DNA of 63,517 nucleotides, filler included, from Choristocarpus tenellus KU-1152 (lineage: Eukaryota; Protista; Phaeophyceae): assembly GCA_964200185.2 (NCBI GenBank). It is 14 parts of 14 records of this genome, joined end to end, with 100 filler letters (N's around TTAATTAATTAA, not from the genome) between each part and the next. Parts side by side here need not be neighbours in the genome. Positions count along the whole stretch, not along the records: positions 33,734 to 42,940 come from CAXNAD020003881.1; positions 43,041 to 45,897 come from CAXNAD020024157.1; positions 45,998 to 51,682 come from CAXNAD020010019.1; 11 more parts are not named here. One strand, 5' to 3'. The position numbers and the translations under genes were made by a program. Below are positions 38,040-51,682 of the stretch, piece by piece. Every line of letters begins with the position of its first letter. The first letter of the stretch is position 1. Under the pieces are notes generated by a model. The model had not been told where the DNA came from and ran no database searches. It saw only the letters and a list, made by a program, of their open reading frames with translations.

Positions 38040-39200
38040 CACCGTAGACTACGAAGAGGCTCTACTAGATGCACTCTAGTATCTCCTGGGGTACACATCG
38101 AATACCTCCATTGTGGCCTCCACCAGATCCCCTGTGTTGGTCACCCTCACGTCTTCCTTCAGCTGCTGGATGGAATGAAAGAATCCGAGATCCCAGGTGG
38201 TTGACATTGAGTCCTGGCGAGTTGGTTAGCTGGGTCTCTAAAACAATGTCGTCACCTACCGCCTCCTCAATTGGCTCCATAATCCCTCGCTTGGTGTGTG
38301 ACTTTGCCTCGTCTTGCTGCACAATGATGATGCGTCCTTCCGACCTAGGCATACAAGGTATTGATTGCCGGGATGGCAACCTCAATCATGAGACTCCTAC
38401 ACCCCTCCCCGTCCACCATGGCTGGCACAAGCACCTTGACGCCCATGGGGTGGTGTTTGCTGGAGCGCTGAGCGACCTTAGTGTCTACGATTGGCAAAAC
38501 CTAATTTTCTCATCTAACCATACCCTCTTGGAGATCTTCCCAGGACGGGCCATGGCTGCAAAGAACATCTCTTCGGAATGTAATGCTTATTCTGTGCCCG
38601 TGGGGGGTTGGGGGGGTCGTTAGAGGAATGCAGGTACACACCTCGCCCATCTTTGAGGATGTAAAACCACTTCTCGTCCACATGCACACAGTCACACAGA
38701 TCGTTTCACTAATACCCCACTCCCCCCCCTACTGTGTGTATGGCTGATGACAAAACCCCCACCCTGTTGCCTTTGTGCTGGTCTAAGAGGACTGACTTAA
38801 TCCACTGCTTAACCTTCTTCACCTTCTTGCACTTGTATAGATCCCAGAACGAGGCAAAGGAGAACCAAGCTTTGGCTGCCCATTTGCGAAAGGATGTGCA
38901 GTGTACCAATGGGACATCCCAAACATTGAGGATACTTATACGATGGCCACATCACTCGTTGCAACGTTGTACAAGGTCCATGCATTCACCTCGTACAATG
39001 TGGCTGTCATACTCCTTGAGATGACGAAACACGATGATATGGGAAATTCCGAAGCCTTCCACGATGGCTGCTGCCGTCCCCTGAGGCATCTGAGTCTCAC
39101 GCCCTCTCTTGCCTCCAGGTATTGTGCCACCACGCTATTCTTTGCTGGGATGTTTGAGTCCTGACCTCGGACAGATTTCTGGGCCGAAAATTTGCTACCG
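38040..39200 (-). pseudogene. Second, divergent plant-type mariner transposase pseudogene
   Basis: CVHVDEKWFY (38661-38690), IIVQQDEAKSH, TQLTNSPGLNVN.LG; several frameshifts. Confidence 0.85.
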
Positions 39201-41720
39201 ACAGCCGACAATAGGACGAGTGAGTTGCTCCAACAACTAGGGTCCTTCATCCTAGGCATTCCAATGAACACCGGCGTTGACAGTTTGACAAGGTTTTTGA
39301 ACCGTGTCAAATGCGACTTGGTTGACTTTGCTCTGTTGATTCTCCACAGTCGTGAGAGCCCATCATCTCAACCTTCACACGTCTCCCAACCTGTATGAGA
39401 ACTAAGCCTCGTCCAGAGGCTTCATCATGTGTAGGTCATTTCCGGGCGAGAACAGAGCTTGCATATGTCAAGCTACATTTCATCCCGAACAAAAGAGGCG
39501 TGAACATTGGCAAATACAGACGTTTCACGATAATATATAAATCCGATACTGTCATAGAAAGATTCTTCCCCTTCGCAACTAAGAAGTCAAGTAAATACAG
39601 ACAAGAATGCCTCACAGTAACATAGAGGCAGGCTACTGTAACAGAAAAGACTTCTCCCTCCTTCCAGAAAACTTCAGACACAAATGAATACAGACGCGAA
39701 ATCACAACATTGATGTACGATACTGTTAGAAGACTCTCCCTCTTCAGAACACAAACAAGTGTAAGATATATAAATGTTTCGCAGTCGCATAGAATAGGGT
39801 AGCTGTCATAGAAAAGCTCTCCCTTCATTTTAACCAAATCCAGTAGGGAGGTGTGTTCGTGGATAGTGCTGCTGATACACTACAGATATCACCAGTGGAG
39901 TAGATAATAGAATGAAGAGCCAGTGATAGATATACCGTATGTATTGACTCACTATTGTCCATTGATTTGTGTCATGTTCAAGATATACGTGATATTATGA
40001 AGATAAGTAAATAAGTAATTCATAGTAAATTAGTGTGGACGATTGCAAACACCACACTACTATAGGAATAGTAATGGCAGTCTGCACCTATCTCACCCAA
40101 GTTCAGTAATCGAGATCATAAGCCTCTTGTAACATTCATATTGTATATCCACACCAAACCACTTATTGTCCTCTATCAAAGCACACAACCGCGGGTCCTG
40201 TGGAATATTTCAACAAGGTGTGTCCCACTCATCCGTATGTGTAGCAATCTCCCTCCTCCTATTGCCATCTCCAGTGTCGTCTTGTTCACTTCTCCTCGGA
40301 AGATTGGAATATCTTACTCATACTGCCCTCCTTTTCCTCTTCTGGAGGTACTCAACCCGAGTATCCAGTCTCTATCCTTTCTCCTTGTGTCACACGTTCT
40401 TGACTGGGCCACCGACAAAGCACATCTTGTGCTCCCTTAGCCACCTGAGTTCAGGCTAATCAAACTGTTGATTACTTCTCTACCAGAAAGCGGCAATTGC
40501 AATGCGGGAGAATGCATACGAACAATGAGAACACCAACAGGGAACAGGAGTGAGTATGCATACAATGAGAGCACTAACAGGGAACAAGAGTGAGTATACC
40601 AGTAAGGTTTAACCTACTCTACAGAAAGTTTAGACACGCGGAACACATAGCAGTAAAACTGCCAGCACCCCCATGAATAATCTCGACATGTTCCCGTCAG
40701 TAGAGGAAGCTTCTGAAGTCGTAATCTGGGGCACAGGTCATTGGTGCAATCATGTAGACACAGAAAGGAGACCCGCACCCTTGCATAGCCTCAAGGTTGT
40801 AGAGAGAGTCCTTGAAGCCATGCTCTGAAGTACAGGCCATTGATGCGACACAATGCTCAGAGTATGACGACCTGCACTCTTTTACACAACCTCAAGGTCG
40901 TAGAAAGAGACCCTGAAGCCACGACCTCATGTGCAGGCAATCGATGCAAACATGAATGAATGCCTCACTCACGGTCGCAAGGTCCATTCCTCGCTGGGGG
41001 TCTAGCGTCCGAGTCACATATGTGACGATTCAGAACTTTTCCCCTTATTTCAAGAGGAGAAGAGATGGAGATGAGTTGAGGGTGTCCCAAGGAGTCGACA
41101 AAATCCATAAAGAATGACTCGAGGGCGTCCCAGGGAGCCATCAACAGTCTCATATGGTGAGCCAAGTGTTCTCTTCAGTGTGAAGAGACGAGGTAGGAAC
41201 TCCATGTAGGAACTCCATGTTGCAAAACGCTCCACGAGCTTACCATGATGGGGAATGTAGGTCTAATCCACAAGCCAGTATGTGGATGATGAGGCTCGTA
41301 TAGGGTGCCATAGTTGGAATATCATCAAATAAGCTGGATCTCTCGCTTTGATTATTCACTTAATTGCTTTGATTGGGGTGTACAGAAAGGACTGCCAGGA
41401 AGGGCATGGCAAATGTACGATATCATAATGACTGAGAAATAATAGTCAAGAAGCACAATATATAGAAATCTAGGACTTCAAGGTCATAATGTCGCTTATG
41501 AAACGGCCATTAAGATCCATTGCCTTTCACACAATCTCCCCCACCCGCCCACTCACCCACTCACCCTCTCAATTGCTCACAATAGAGTGAGGTGTTTGGG
41601 GAGGATCGGGAGGTCAAGCTCAGGCGGGGTAGATGTCTTCTACTTCAGTAATGTACGGTATGGGAGAGTTTATGAAGGTGGAACATTTTGGGAGGATTGG
41701 TGGTGTGGGAGTGGATTTTA

Positions 41721-41902
41721 GGCTCAAAGTATCTGGGGGGAGGTGGAGGCTGTCCAATTGGGACCCATTTTCACAAGTCGCGATTTTTGGGTGATTTGGT
41801 TGCATTCGTTGGATGGATAATGTAAGTTCACTCCTCTTGTTAGGACCCAAATGGACACCCTGGTGTAGACCCCCTCGCCCCCGCCCCCAAATACTTTGAG
41901 CC
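41721..41902 (+). mobile_element. MITE family A, full length 182 bp, flanks TTTA / ATTA
   Basis: GGCTCAAAGTATCTGGGG / CCCCAAATACTTTGAGCC. Confidence 0.92.
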
Positions 41903-42094
41903 ATTAGTGGAAATTGGGCGAATTGGTGTGGAAGTGGGCATGCGAAGAGTGCCGGCATTGGTTTTAGTGGACACCATACACTGAAATTCAGCGCGTTGAT
42001 TGGTGATCAGATGCGCAAATATTGGTCGCATAGTTGGGGTTGTAACAAGATGGTGATGCGGAGCTGGTGTGAGATGGAATGAGCGGTGTGATGT

Positions 42095-42271
42095 GGCTCA
42101 AAGTACCTGGGGGGGGTGGCGGCTGTTCATTTGGGACCGATTTTCTCATGCCGCGCTTTTTTGGTGATTTGGTTCCATACGTTGGATGGATAATAAAAGC
42201 GCACTTTCCTGGTTTTGGTCAAAATTGACACTCTGGTGTAGACCCCCCCCCTTCCCCAGATACTTTGGGTC
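42095..42271 (+). mobile_element. MITE family A, full length 177 bp, TSD TGT; truncated A copies at 42851-42940, 45849-45897, 51783-51802 and 63454-63517
   Basis: TIRs and interior colinear with 720-898. Confidence 0.92.
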
Positions 42272-43749
42272 TGTCTATTAATGAGGAGTGGAGTGGATGT
42301 AGGGCTAATATAGGCTAACTAATTAATCCAGACTTCGTGAGGAAAACACAAAAGGAATGCATGGAAAGATCTGGATCGTGGTGACCAAAAATATTTCAGA
42401 AGGAGGGAGTATGCACCAGATTCGAGAGAGGGATCGGAGGGAGGGATGAGGGTTGGGACTGCTGAACCCATCCTGCAATAAAAGATCAAGTCACACAAGG
42501 GGTAGTGGAATTACTTACAGTGCAACAGGTGGTTCATAGGATAGACGAAATAGTGGGATTTCCACTGCCATCTCACCAGGAGTTAGTGGACGGACTGGCT
42601 AGATAGGGTGGAAGAAGAGGATTAGTTCCAGACTAAAAGTGAGCAAAAAAGGACCAATCACAACAGTTTCAAAACAGCAGAATTTCATCATTGCGAAGAG
42701 CACAAGTCTTATTAGTCAGATAAGAATCAAATATTTTGTTTGAAATGGTGAGACGGCAGGGGATGTAAAGCATAGTACTAGTGAATAAGACTTGCATTTG
42801 AAATTCCAGGTCAGAGGCCTTCTACTCTGTCTCTTGTTTCGCACCAAAAAGTCTCAAAGTATCTGGGAGGGGGTAGCGGCTGTCCAATTGGGGTCAATTT
42901 TTTCGTGTCACAATTTTTGGGTGATTTGGTTGCATACGTCNNNNNNNNNNNNNNNNNNNNNNNNNNNNNNNNNNNNNNNNNNNNTTAATTAATTAANNNN
43001 NNNNNNNNNNNNNNNNNNNNNNNNNNNNNNNNNNNNNNNNGATGGGGGACAAACTCAAATTGAAACATTTGGAAAAACAAACACAAAAGAAGACAGTCAC
43101 AGAGGAAAACAATCAGTTTCGCCAAAATAAGAACCAATGAATCCTTCCAACCTTTCCATCCTTTCAGCAGGATATATAATGTGACTGAGGTCTTAATATC
43201 TTACTTATTAACAGGTTTTTGAAAATGAAAAACGCCTGGAAGGTGAATATACCTCACAGTTCAATAGTGTGCCTCACTCAATGACCAGGATCTACGGTGG
43301 TGCATCAGGAAGGAAGCCCTGCCTGGTGGTACCTTAGTTGGATGAGTTTGGACTTGTTGGAATGTCTTGGGATGTTGAAGTACTGTTTTATCCTTGATGT
43401 GATTCATGAGGTTGACTTTCAAGTTGAGCTTTGTCACACCTAGTTATTGGAAGATTTGTCTGCTCTCATACAGGCAGGGGATGGTGACCCTGGAGACAGT
43501 TGTGCGTCCCTGCTGCTGTATTTTTTCCGGAATGTGTTTGTTTTTACCACATGGAGGGTACTTGAACCTTATCATTGGTTGAGGTATTGATCACCCTGTG
43601 GCAAGCACTCCTTGACCTGTAGCAACTCGGTATGATGTATTGGTTCGTTTTGTGATGGTTTGGTTTGGTTCTGACCATGTTGAGGGTTGTGCTGATTCCC
43701 CACTGTTCCGATCTGATCTGATCTGATCTCTTTTTTGTTTTTATCCCAG

Positions 43750-45322
43750 TTTGTGGGGTCTTACCATGCGTCGGGCACGTGGTCGGGTGAGGGAGGTGAT
43801 CATGGTAACCGTGCCAATGTGGAGCTTGCGCACTCGCTGGGCATGGGTGTGTTCTGCATATCCCCTAATGACAAGGGCGGCATGTTGTACAAGCCTTCCA
43901 AGGTGTGTATCATTGTATGATTGGTTTGAAATGCATGATCTCTCTCTCTCTGTTGTGTTGTACCTTTTTCTGCTGTTGGTTACATTGTTGTACCTTTTCC
44001 AAAGTGTATTCTAAATCACATATTTTTTAATTCCATGTCTTTTGTTTGTGTTACTTTTACTTTATATTTTGATGGTGAGATTTATTCCTTTCTGAGAGAA
44101 TAGATCACTGTCCTCATTGGTACGTTATTGTGGGATTTATAGTACTGTTACTAATCACAAGTTCATCATAGCATTATACCTGTGACACAGATATTTCCCC
44201 CCCCCCCCTGCCCACTCTCCTCAATCTTCTTGTGTAAAGGTCAGGAGTGAGGCCTGTGTTTACCACTCTAGAAGATCATCCAGGCATGTTTTTGTCCTTT
44301 TCTACTTGCTTGTCTAGGGTAATGCCTGTTGCCTCCCTTCTCCCATTGTTACCAATTATTTCCTTGGACAGGTCCTGTATGATGCCTGCAAGTTGTCGAA
44401 CATTACCCCCATCGAGTTCCACAACCTGTGGCTTTGGTCACAGGATGCTCCCATGCATACATTGGTGAGATGATGGTATTGATAAAGCACCAGCTTCATT
44501 TTCAACTCTCCATCTCCTCCAGGTTTTAGGTGTTGCTTTAGGAAGTGTGGAGAAGTTATATTCAGGTTAGCTTCTTGTATGGGTGTATTGTCTTGTGTTT
44601 ACAGGGAGTCTGTGTTAAAGGAAGAGGCTTCAACTTATTGGTCAAATGGGTGTTGATGCTAGTGTGTAACTATCACGAGAATTGAAGTTGTTGATATCAA
44701 TTTTTTGTTGGAGAAAATTGAGCAATGAGATCACCCCACACATGACCTACCTGCCTGCCTAGCTACAGGCCATATAAGGACGGCAATTTGTGAGGATGGG
44801 GAGCTGGGGTTGCACTTCAAGGGAGATTTTTCTCTTTCCTATCAATTGCAGACAAGGAAGTTGTGTGAGATGATTAATGAGGGGGCTCCTGCATCAAAAA
44901 TATTGGTGTTATTTTTTCACAAGCTGTAGGGGTATGAGTAGCCATCTTTATTGTAGTCTTGTTTTGTGTTTGTTTATGTAATGACAAAAAAGGGTGCATT
45001 CTTTTTTTTCCACAGCTTCTCATCAGTCCAGGCACTTTGCATTGCTGGAATCTAGCTGTGAGGATTGGCCTGTAGCCCTGTCATGTTCAAACAATCAAGT
45101 GACGGCCATTGGTCTATCTGATTTCATTTACAGCCCTGATTGATCCGGTTTTTTACAGCATGACCTAATTTTGTCTCTGCCTGTTCTGAGGTTTTCTCTC
45201 TCCCCCCCCCTCCAAAAGAGTGTGGGGGCTGCAAGGCCGTCTGACCTTGATGAGGCGGTGTCAGCAGCCAAGATGTATGACAAGGCGAAGGAACGAGTAG
45301 CTCCTGTGGAGGAAGAGCTCAG
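43750..45322 (+). CDS. Aldo/keto reductase of bacterial (cyanobacterial-like) type, internal exons 43750-43902, 44372-44464 and 45219-45322
   Basis: GMGVFCISPNDKGGMLYKPSK / ITPIEFHNLWLW...MHTL / SVGAARPSDLDE; phase-0 GT-AG junctions. Confidence 0.8.
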
Positions 45323-46490
45323 GTGAGGGGTGCAGTTGTAGAGGTGCACCTCTTGTGGAGGATGGTGCTCTTTTTTTTGTACTTGAAGTGGTAAGTGTAT
45401 GACTATGTAGGCTGAGTTGGAGTTGTTGCTTTGTCCTTGAATTTGATGTTTGAGGGTTCCATTGGGAGTAGCCTTTGGGGAGTGGGGGGGTGGCAGAGTT
45501 GTACTGTGGGTGTTTGAGGGGACTCATTGGAAGGCATTTTTACAAAAAGGAAGATTTATGTATGGACTGGATTCTCATCTGGTCCCCTATTTGGTCCGAA
45601 TGAATTAATGAATTTGTGTACTTGTCTTGTTCAATTGGACTAATAAAGATAATAGTGACCTAGTAGGAGTACATTACAGACAGTTTTCAGGAAAAAAGAA
45701 GAAGAATGGAATAGAATAAATTCATTCTGAATATGTGTACAGTACTCAGTGTAAGTATTTATAGCATTTGCATGTCTTGTTCATGCATGTAGTGAAATTT
45801 TCATTTTGTCTTGTTTTGAGTATGCTCACTTTTTTTATCTTTGATCATGGGCCAAAGTGTCTGGGGGGGGGGGGGGGGGGTTGGGGGGGAGCGGCCGNNN
45901 NNNNNNNNNNNNNNNNNNNNNNNNNNNNNNNNNNNNNNNNNTTAATTAATTAANNNNNNNNNNNNNNNNNNNNNNNNNNNNNNNNNNNNNNNNNNNNCCG
46001 GGGGGGGGAGCTAAGGAAGCATCCCAAGAATCCAACAGACCCCTCCGTGCCCATCTCCCTGGTGCATATAGAATTGGTTGAGTAGTAGTGTTCGTACTAC
46101 CTAAAGTTGGCGTAAATTATATTTTTACGCCCTCTGACAATTTTGCGGACGTGTCAGGGAAAACGCCAAACCAATATCACAAGGACCCCGGTATATTTAT
46201 TATTATTATTATTTTGTATATCAGTATCCAGTGATACCAACGACTCTGTATCTTCAGGTTTTTGCGTTATTATCAGGCTGGTTTGATATTATTCTTAATT
46301 TTTGCCCTCTGACATTATATAGATATATGTCAGGGGGGAAATCAACAAAAGCTACTCACATGTCAGAAAAATCCATCAAAAAATAGCACTTGTGTAAATG
46401 TGAAAAATATAAATCTATTTGCTGTTTGACTACCAGCTATGCTTGCCCACCTCCATGGTGTCTCCAGCTTAAAACGCATGACATATTATT

Positions 46491-46749
46491 GAGTCAAAGC
46501 CTTTAGGAGGGTAGGGCCGCATCTGTTCAGGGTCGTAAGTCCAATGTTGTGATTTTTATTCATTTTGGTTACCGCGTTTGTTAGCAAGTGTCAATATCGT
46601 TGCTCCGGACACACCTTTCATAGTCGTACACATTTTAGGTAACTTTGTTCACACAAAAAAACAACAAGGGGCATAATAAAATCATGGGAAGCCAAATTCC
46701 GAACGGACAAAATAGGGCAAAACTCCTACCCTCTTAAATGCTTTGACTC
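46491..46749 (-). mobile_element. Diverged MITE family B, 259 bp, TSD ATT
   Basis: GAGTCAAAGC...GAGGGTAG / CTACCCTC...GCTTTGACTC; interior similar to 23058-23317. Confidence 0.85.
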
Positions 46750-47054
46750 ATTTCGTTCTAACTTTTCTTGGCATGGCCTCCTTCAACATCGTAACACATA
46801 CTTTCCAGAAAAAAACAGAGGATTTCCGTCATCGCGTCTTTGTCCTAGTCAGAACTGAAGAACTTGTCCATCGACAATCCTAATTTATTGATGGGAGATA
46901 CTACATTGAACACAATTCGGAGTCAAAGTAAACGAGAGGTACCCCCAGGTTTTGACCTTTTTTGTATTTTTAGTCCCTTTTTTATTCTTCACCGATTCAC
47001 CCATATTTCTATGGATGAAGTACTAACATTGATTTGAGAGTGCTGATTTCTCTA

Positions 47055-49800
47055 TATATTATGTCCTCTTGACATTTTGTAGATGTGTGAAGGGAAAAAC
47101 CAATGAAAAGTCCATTCAATATCGTAAGAATCCCTGTAAAAGTAACAGTTGTCGTAAATGTGAATGATATTTTCTATCATCTGTTTACTATTTCACTACC
47201 CCAGGTATGCTACACCACTCCCCTCCTATGCCTCCAACCTATCTTAGGCCTACACTTCAGGGCGTGGAGCTAGGGAAGCATCCAAAGAATCCGACAGGCT
47301 CCTCCTTGCCCATCGCCCTGGTGTCTCCAGCTTAAAACGCATGACACGTCTTGATGGGGCCACTTGTGTTGTGACAGACACTATCTGTCGTAAACGGGAT
47401 TTGACAGCTCCTTTCCTGCTGTAGCCCTCCGCCCCTCTCCCCCCTACCACATGCGTAGTCAACTCACCCAGAAAACGTTCTGCTTGCTTAGCGAGGCGCC
47501 CAAAATTTTCCTTCGTGAAGGTGTTGAGGTTAAAACTACGAGGGTCTAAAGAACCCTCATAGTGGGTGTGCTTTCGCACCTCGACTGTAGCAACAGCAAC
47601 ACCATTCCTGTCGGATGAGTGTGGCAGATGGGAGGCTACTTGCACTTCTACAAACGTAAGGTCCAGGAGGAGGCCCTGATCCAGGTAGGAAGCTGATCTG
47701 GCGTCCACAAGTGCCCCAGCATGGAAGACCAGATCCAACCAGAAATTGGTGCCCATTCCTTTGCAGAGTTGATTTAGACACTCCACCATTGGTGTGTGTT
47801 GGCGGACCTGTCCCCCTGCCCTAGGGCAGGTACGAGCATGTCTAGTGTCCACATTTTGCCTCCTGCACCCAGCCACTGGGTACCTGTTGGATAGGACCTC
47901 CTCCCTCCCTAGGGATCTGCTGGTGATGAGTCTAAACTCTGAGAGGGATCTGATGTGCTGGTTCTAGGGGTTGTGTGGAGGCCCATGCATTTGCCCCTTG
48001 TCCACACTGACTCCAGTGGCAGGCCAGGGCTAGCAAAGAACTTTCCTTCCCTTGTTCTGCGTCGCCTGGTAGGTTGGACAATTGAGACCAGAAAGAGTCG
48101 AACCGGATCCTGTTCAGGATGCGGGTAATCTCATGTTGTGTCCTCCTTGTGACCCTGGCACCATGGGCTGCCAGAGTATGGACCTCTACGGCAGGTGTGA
48201 AGGTTGTTCCCCCCCAGGCTACCCAGCCTTGGCCAATAATTCCCACCAAGTCTTCTGAGGGGACTCCTGTCGAGAGGAGGGTGTGGATGGATAATCCCAG
48301 CACCCTAACTGTGGGGCTCATGCAGATAACTGACTAAGTATCTGGGGGGGGGGGCGGCTGTCCATTTGGGGCCCATTTTTCCATATCGCAATTTTGGGGA
48401 TTTTGGTTGCATGTGTTGAATGGATAACGCAAGTGCACTTTTCCTGGTCAGGGTCCAAATGGATACCCTGGTGTAGACCGCCCCTCTTCCCCCCCCAGAT
48501 ACTTTGAGCCGCTTGTGAGAAAGAATCTCAATGAGACCCTTGTTACCTTGCCAAAAAGGTGGGGAGACTAGCCACCAGTGATCGTACAAAGGCTGCATGT
48601 TGGTGATGCTTCATCGAGGATAGGTCCAGCCCCCCTGAACTTGTGGGTATCTGTGCCTGGACTTGTTGGTATATCTCCAGGCCAAGAGACCCATTTTCAC
48701 ACACCCCTTCAAAGAAGTCAGTTGCTCCCGCTGAGTCTGCTACCTCCATTATCTCCTCCAGCGTTCACAATGAGGTGTGGTCTGCTTGTTCCATGGTGGA
48801 GTGTGCCAGGTGGGGGGAAGCGACCCTTACCAAATAGCCTAAGTGGGAAGAGAGGGATCAGGAGTTGAGGAGTCGGGCAACTTGTTTGTCCTCCATTTCA
48901 CTCAGGTGCATGGCCAGCATTCGTGACCCAGAGCTCTTGATCACCTCAGCCATGTGGGCTTGGATGAATCCATCTGTTCCCAATAATGTAACAAAACTAT
49001 TTTGGTCCGGGACCAGGTTGATTACCACTGTGGCCAGAAGTTCCAATTCTGAGGGTGTGTGTTGATGGCCCTGGGGAGGTGCAGCAAAGGTCTTGTCCAT
49101 GTTAAGGGCGATGCCTACCTCGTGTACATCAGTTTCCAGCTGCTCAAAAGCTGCTATTGTGGTGCAGTTAATCTCTCCCTTGAAGAAATGGATGTTTCAT
49201 CCAAATAACTTCGGGAGGAGACCCCCTGGGGTCCAAAGGTAGACTGGATCCACTGTAGGGCTTTGGTGGTTGCCATGCAATGCAGGAGGGACGAAGGACC
49301 TTGATGGCACTATCTCCATCCTTCCCTCATCCAGGGGGGATAGAAGACCATGGGTGTCCCCATACACCTTGGATACGTAGGGTAGGAGTCCTGGTAGAGT
49401 CCCTGGGAGAGGAGAGCCTTGATGAAGGCCGAGCAGCATACACCGTTGAAGGCCTTTGTTCGATCTAGACTATTGGGCATTCGCCATAATTATTCAATGG
49501 GCGAATATCCAGTATGGCACCCTCCACTCCATTTTGGGACCCCTACGCCAAATTGCCCCATTCCGCCAAAATATTCCTCCAGGCAGGGGTGCCAGTCTCC
49601 ATAGAAGGCTGAAGCACATACATACCAGTCTGAAGATAGAGGCACAGGGGACTGGGCAGTACTTCTCTCCAATTGCGAACAGTCTGGAGGTTGTGAGGAG
49701 CATCCAAACTCCTGGGGTAAAGAGTCTGGGTGGAGGAGCTTGGACGCTCTCATAGTCCCTACTGTCGGCCCCCCCCCTTCTAGCATTGGGTCGGTTAATG
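47055..49800 (-). mobile_element. CRE-clade-like non-LTR retrotransposon (RT, CCHC and restriction-like endonuclease), degenerate, 3' end retained
   Basis: LFAIGEKYCPVPC..IFRL, QFGVG, D.TKAFN, LLPYV..VYG, YLDE, IPTSSGGLDL, GC...D.RHA.TC, DLVF...LLLD...RKHTHY; 3' hairpin and AAT tail. Confidence 0.88.
48332..48510 (+). mobile_element. MITE family A nested in the LINE
   Basis: Colinear with other A copies; left terminus eroded. Confidence 0.9.
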
Positions 49801-51184
49801 CATCACGAGATCCACTGTGTGCATGAGGGTGATCGCACGGGTGGTGTGAAGCCTGCCAGGGACCTTCTTAACCATGGTGATGTTTATCCACTCCAGGATC
49901 TCCACCTGACTTGGTCTAGACCAGAACCAACCGTTGATTACTATCATATTGTTTGAAGTTTAGGGAGAATAGATAGAAAATTCCCAACACGCATTTGTAC
50001 AAGATACCGAAAATTACACTTATTTGTTAGCATCCTAAAATTACATTCATGCATACCTCTCGCTAATTTTAGCAGTCAGCTTATTGGACTAAAACTATTC
50101 ATAATATACGAAGAATATAGGAATTGGATGAAGGTTTAACTCAAGAGTGTGAATTAAAATAGAAATGTGTTTAAAATTTTATCACACATACTCATACACT
50201 CATCATGTCTGTTGGAGAGGGGGGTGGGTTGAATGGTCCGGTGGAGTGGAAAGTGGTGGTGATTGGAAATCAGTGGCAAGGGGTCGTACTGGTTGGTCAT
50301 CGGATGTGGTGGGTAACTGGAAGTTAATGGCGAAGGGGTAACACTTGTTGGTCATCAAATATGACTGGTGAGCGGAAATCAGTGGCGAAAGGGGTTCACA
50401 CTATTTGGTCACGGGATAGATAGGGACCACACTGGTTGGTAATAAGTGGTGTTACAATAGGTGGAACTCATTGTTTCCCCCCCCGACACATCTGCAAAAT
50501 GTCAGAGGGCATAATAATAAAGTAGGTGGAATGTAAACAAATAATAATAATTATTATTATTATTCAGAATTTGTTAACAAACCAAAATGGTAGATAGTGT
50601 AATTTATTCCCTTGTGATGCCAATTTTAAGGTTGTTCCTGGATAGGAGATAGATGGCTCAAAAGCAACAAGTTCGAAGAGTTTTAATTTTGAATCCAAGC
50701 AAACGAGAGGCATCCAAAGTTTTTTTTTAAAGGATGCTGACAAATGGGAAAGTTTATGAAGTAATCTGAGTTTTGTGGGCGGAAGAATTCTGGTTGGTTG
50801 AGGGCACAGGGCAAGGAAGGGGACAGTAAAGAAATATAAGTATTAAGGAGGGAACGAAGAGTTAAGATTGAGTGATAAAAGTTAAGAAAATACGTGGCAG
50901 ACGGAGGCACAAGGGGAGAAGGAATGAACAGTATTGAATCGAATGAGGAAACCTGAGGCTGGGGGACAAGACGAGGAAGACTAGATCAAAAGGACTCCCG
51001 AGCAAGCTTTCCCGCTCTCCCGCCCTGTCGCTTGCTCACGACCGACTTGGATCTCAGGGTGGGAGGGAGGTCAAGTTCGGGCGGGGTAGATGTCTTCTAG
51101 CTCAAAGGCACGGTATGAAGGGGATGATGAAGGGGGGTTCTTGGATGATTGTGGAGTGGTGTTGAGTGGTGTTGAATGGTGTGG

Positions 51185-51682
51185 TGGAGTGGTAAGTGGG
51201 GTGGGGTTGACTGGAGTGGTAACTGGTGTAAGGTTGATTGAAGTGGTAAGTGGGGTGGGGTGGACTGAAGTGGTAAGTGGGGTGGGGTTGATTGAAGTGG
51301 TAACTGGTGTGGGGTTGATTGGAATGGTAACTGGTGTGGGGTTGATTGAAGTGGTAACTGGAGTGGGGTTGACTGAAGTGGTAAGTGGGGTGGGGTTGAC
51401 TGGAGTGGCAAGTGGGGTGGGGTTGATTGGAATGGTAACTGGTGTGAGGTTGATTGAAGTGGTAAGTGGGGTGGGGTGGACTGAAGTGGTAAGTGGGGTG
51501 GGGTTGACTGAAGTGGTAACTGGTGTGAGGTTGATTGAAGTGGTAACTGGTGTGGGGTTGATTGAAGTGGTAAGTGGGGTGGGGTGGACTGAAGTGGTAA
51601 GTGGGGTGGGGTTGATTGAAGTGGTAACTGGTGTGGGGTTGATTGGAGTGGTAACTGGTGTGGGGTTGATTGAAGTGGTAAC
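51185..51682 (+). repeat. 27-bp G-rich minisatellite, about 18 units (GAAGTGGTAAGTGGGGTGGGGTTGACT-like), cut by contig end
   Basis: Read directly from the sequence. Confidence 0.95.

Noticed and set aside
51061-51100. Helitron 3' end at ...GATGTCTTCTAG
   Set aside because: Homology between copies continues on both sides of the CTAG, so it is not a terminus.
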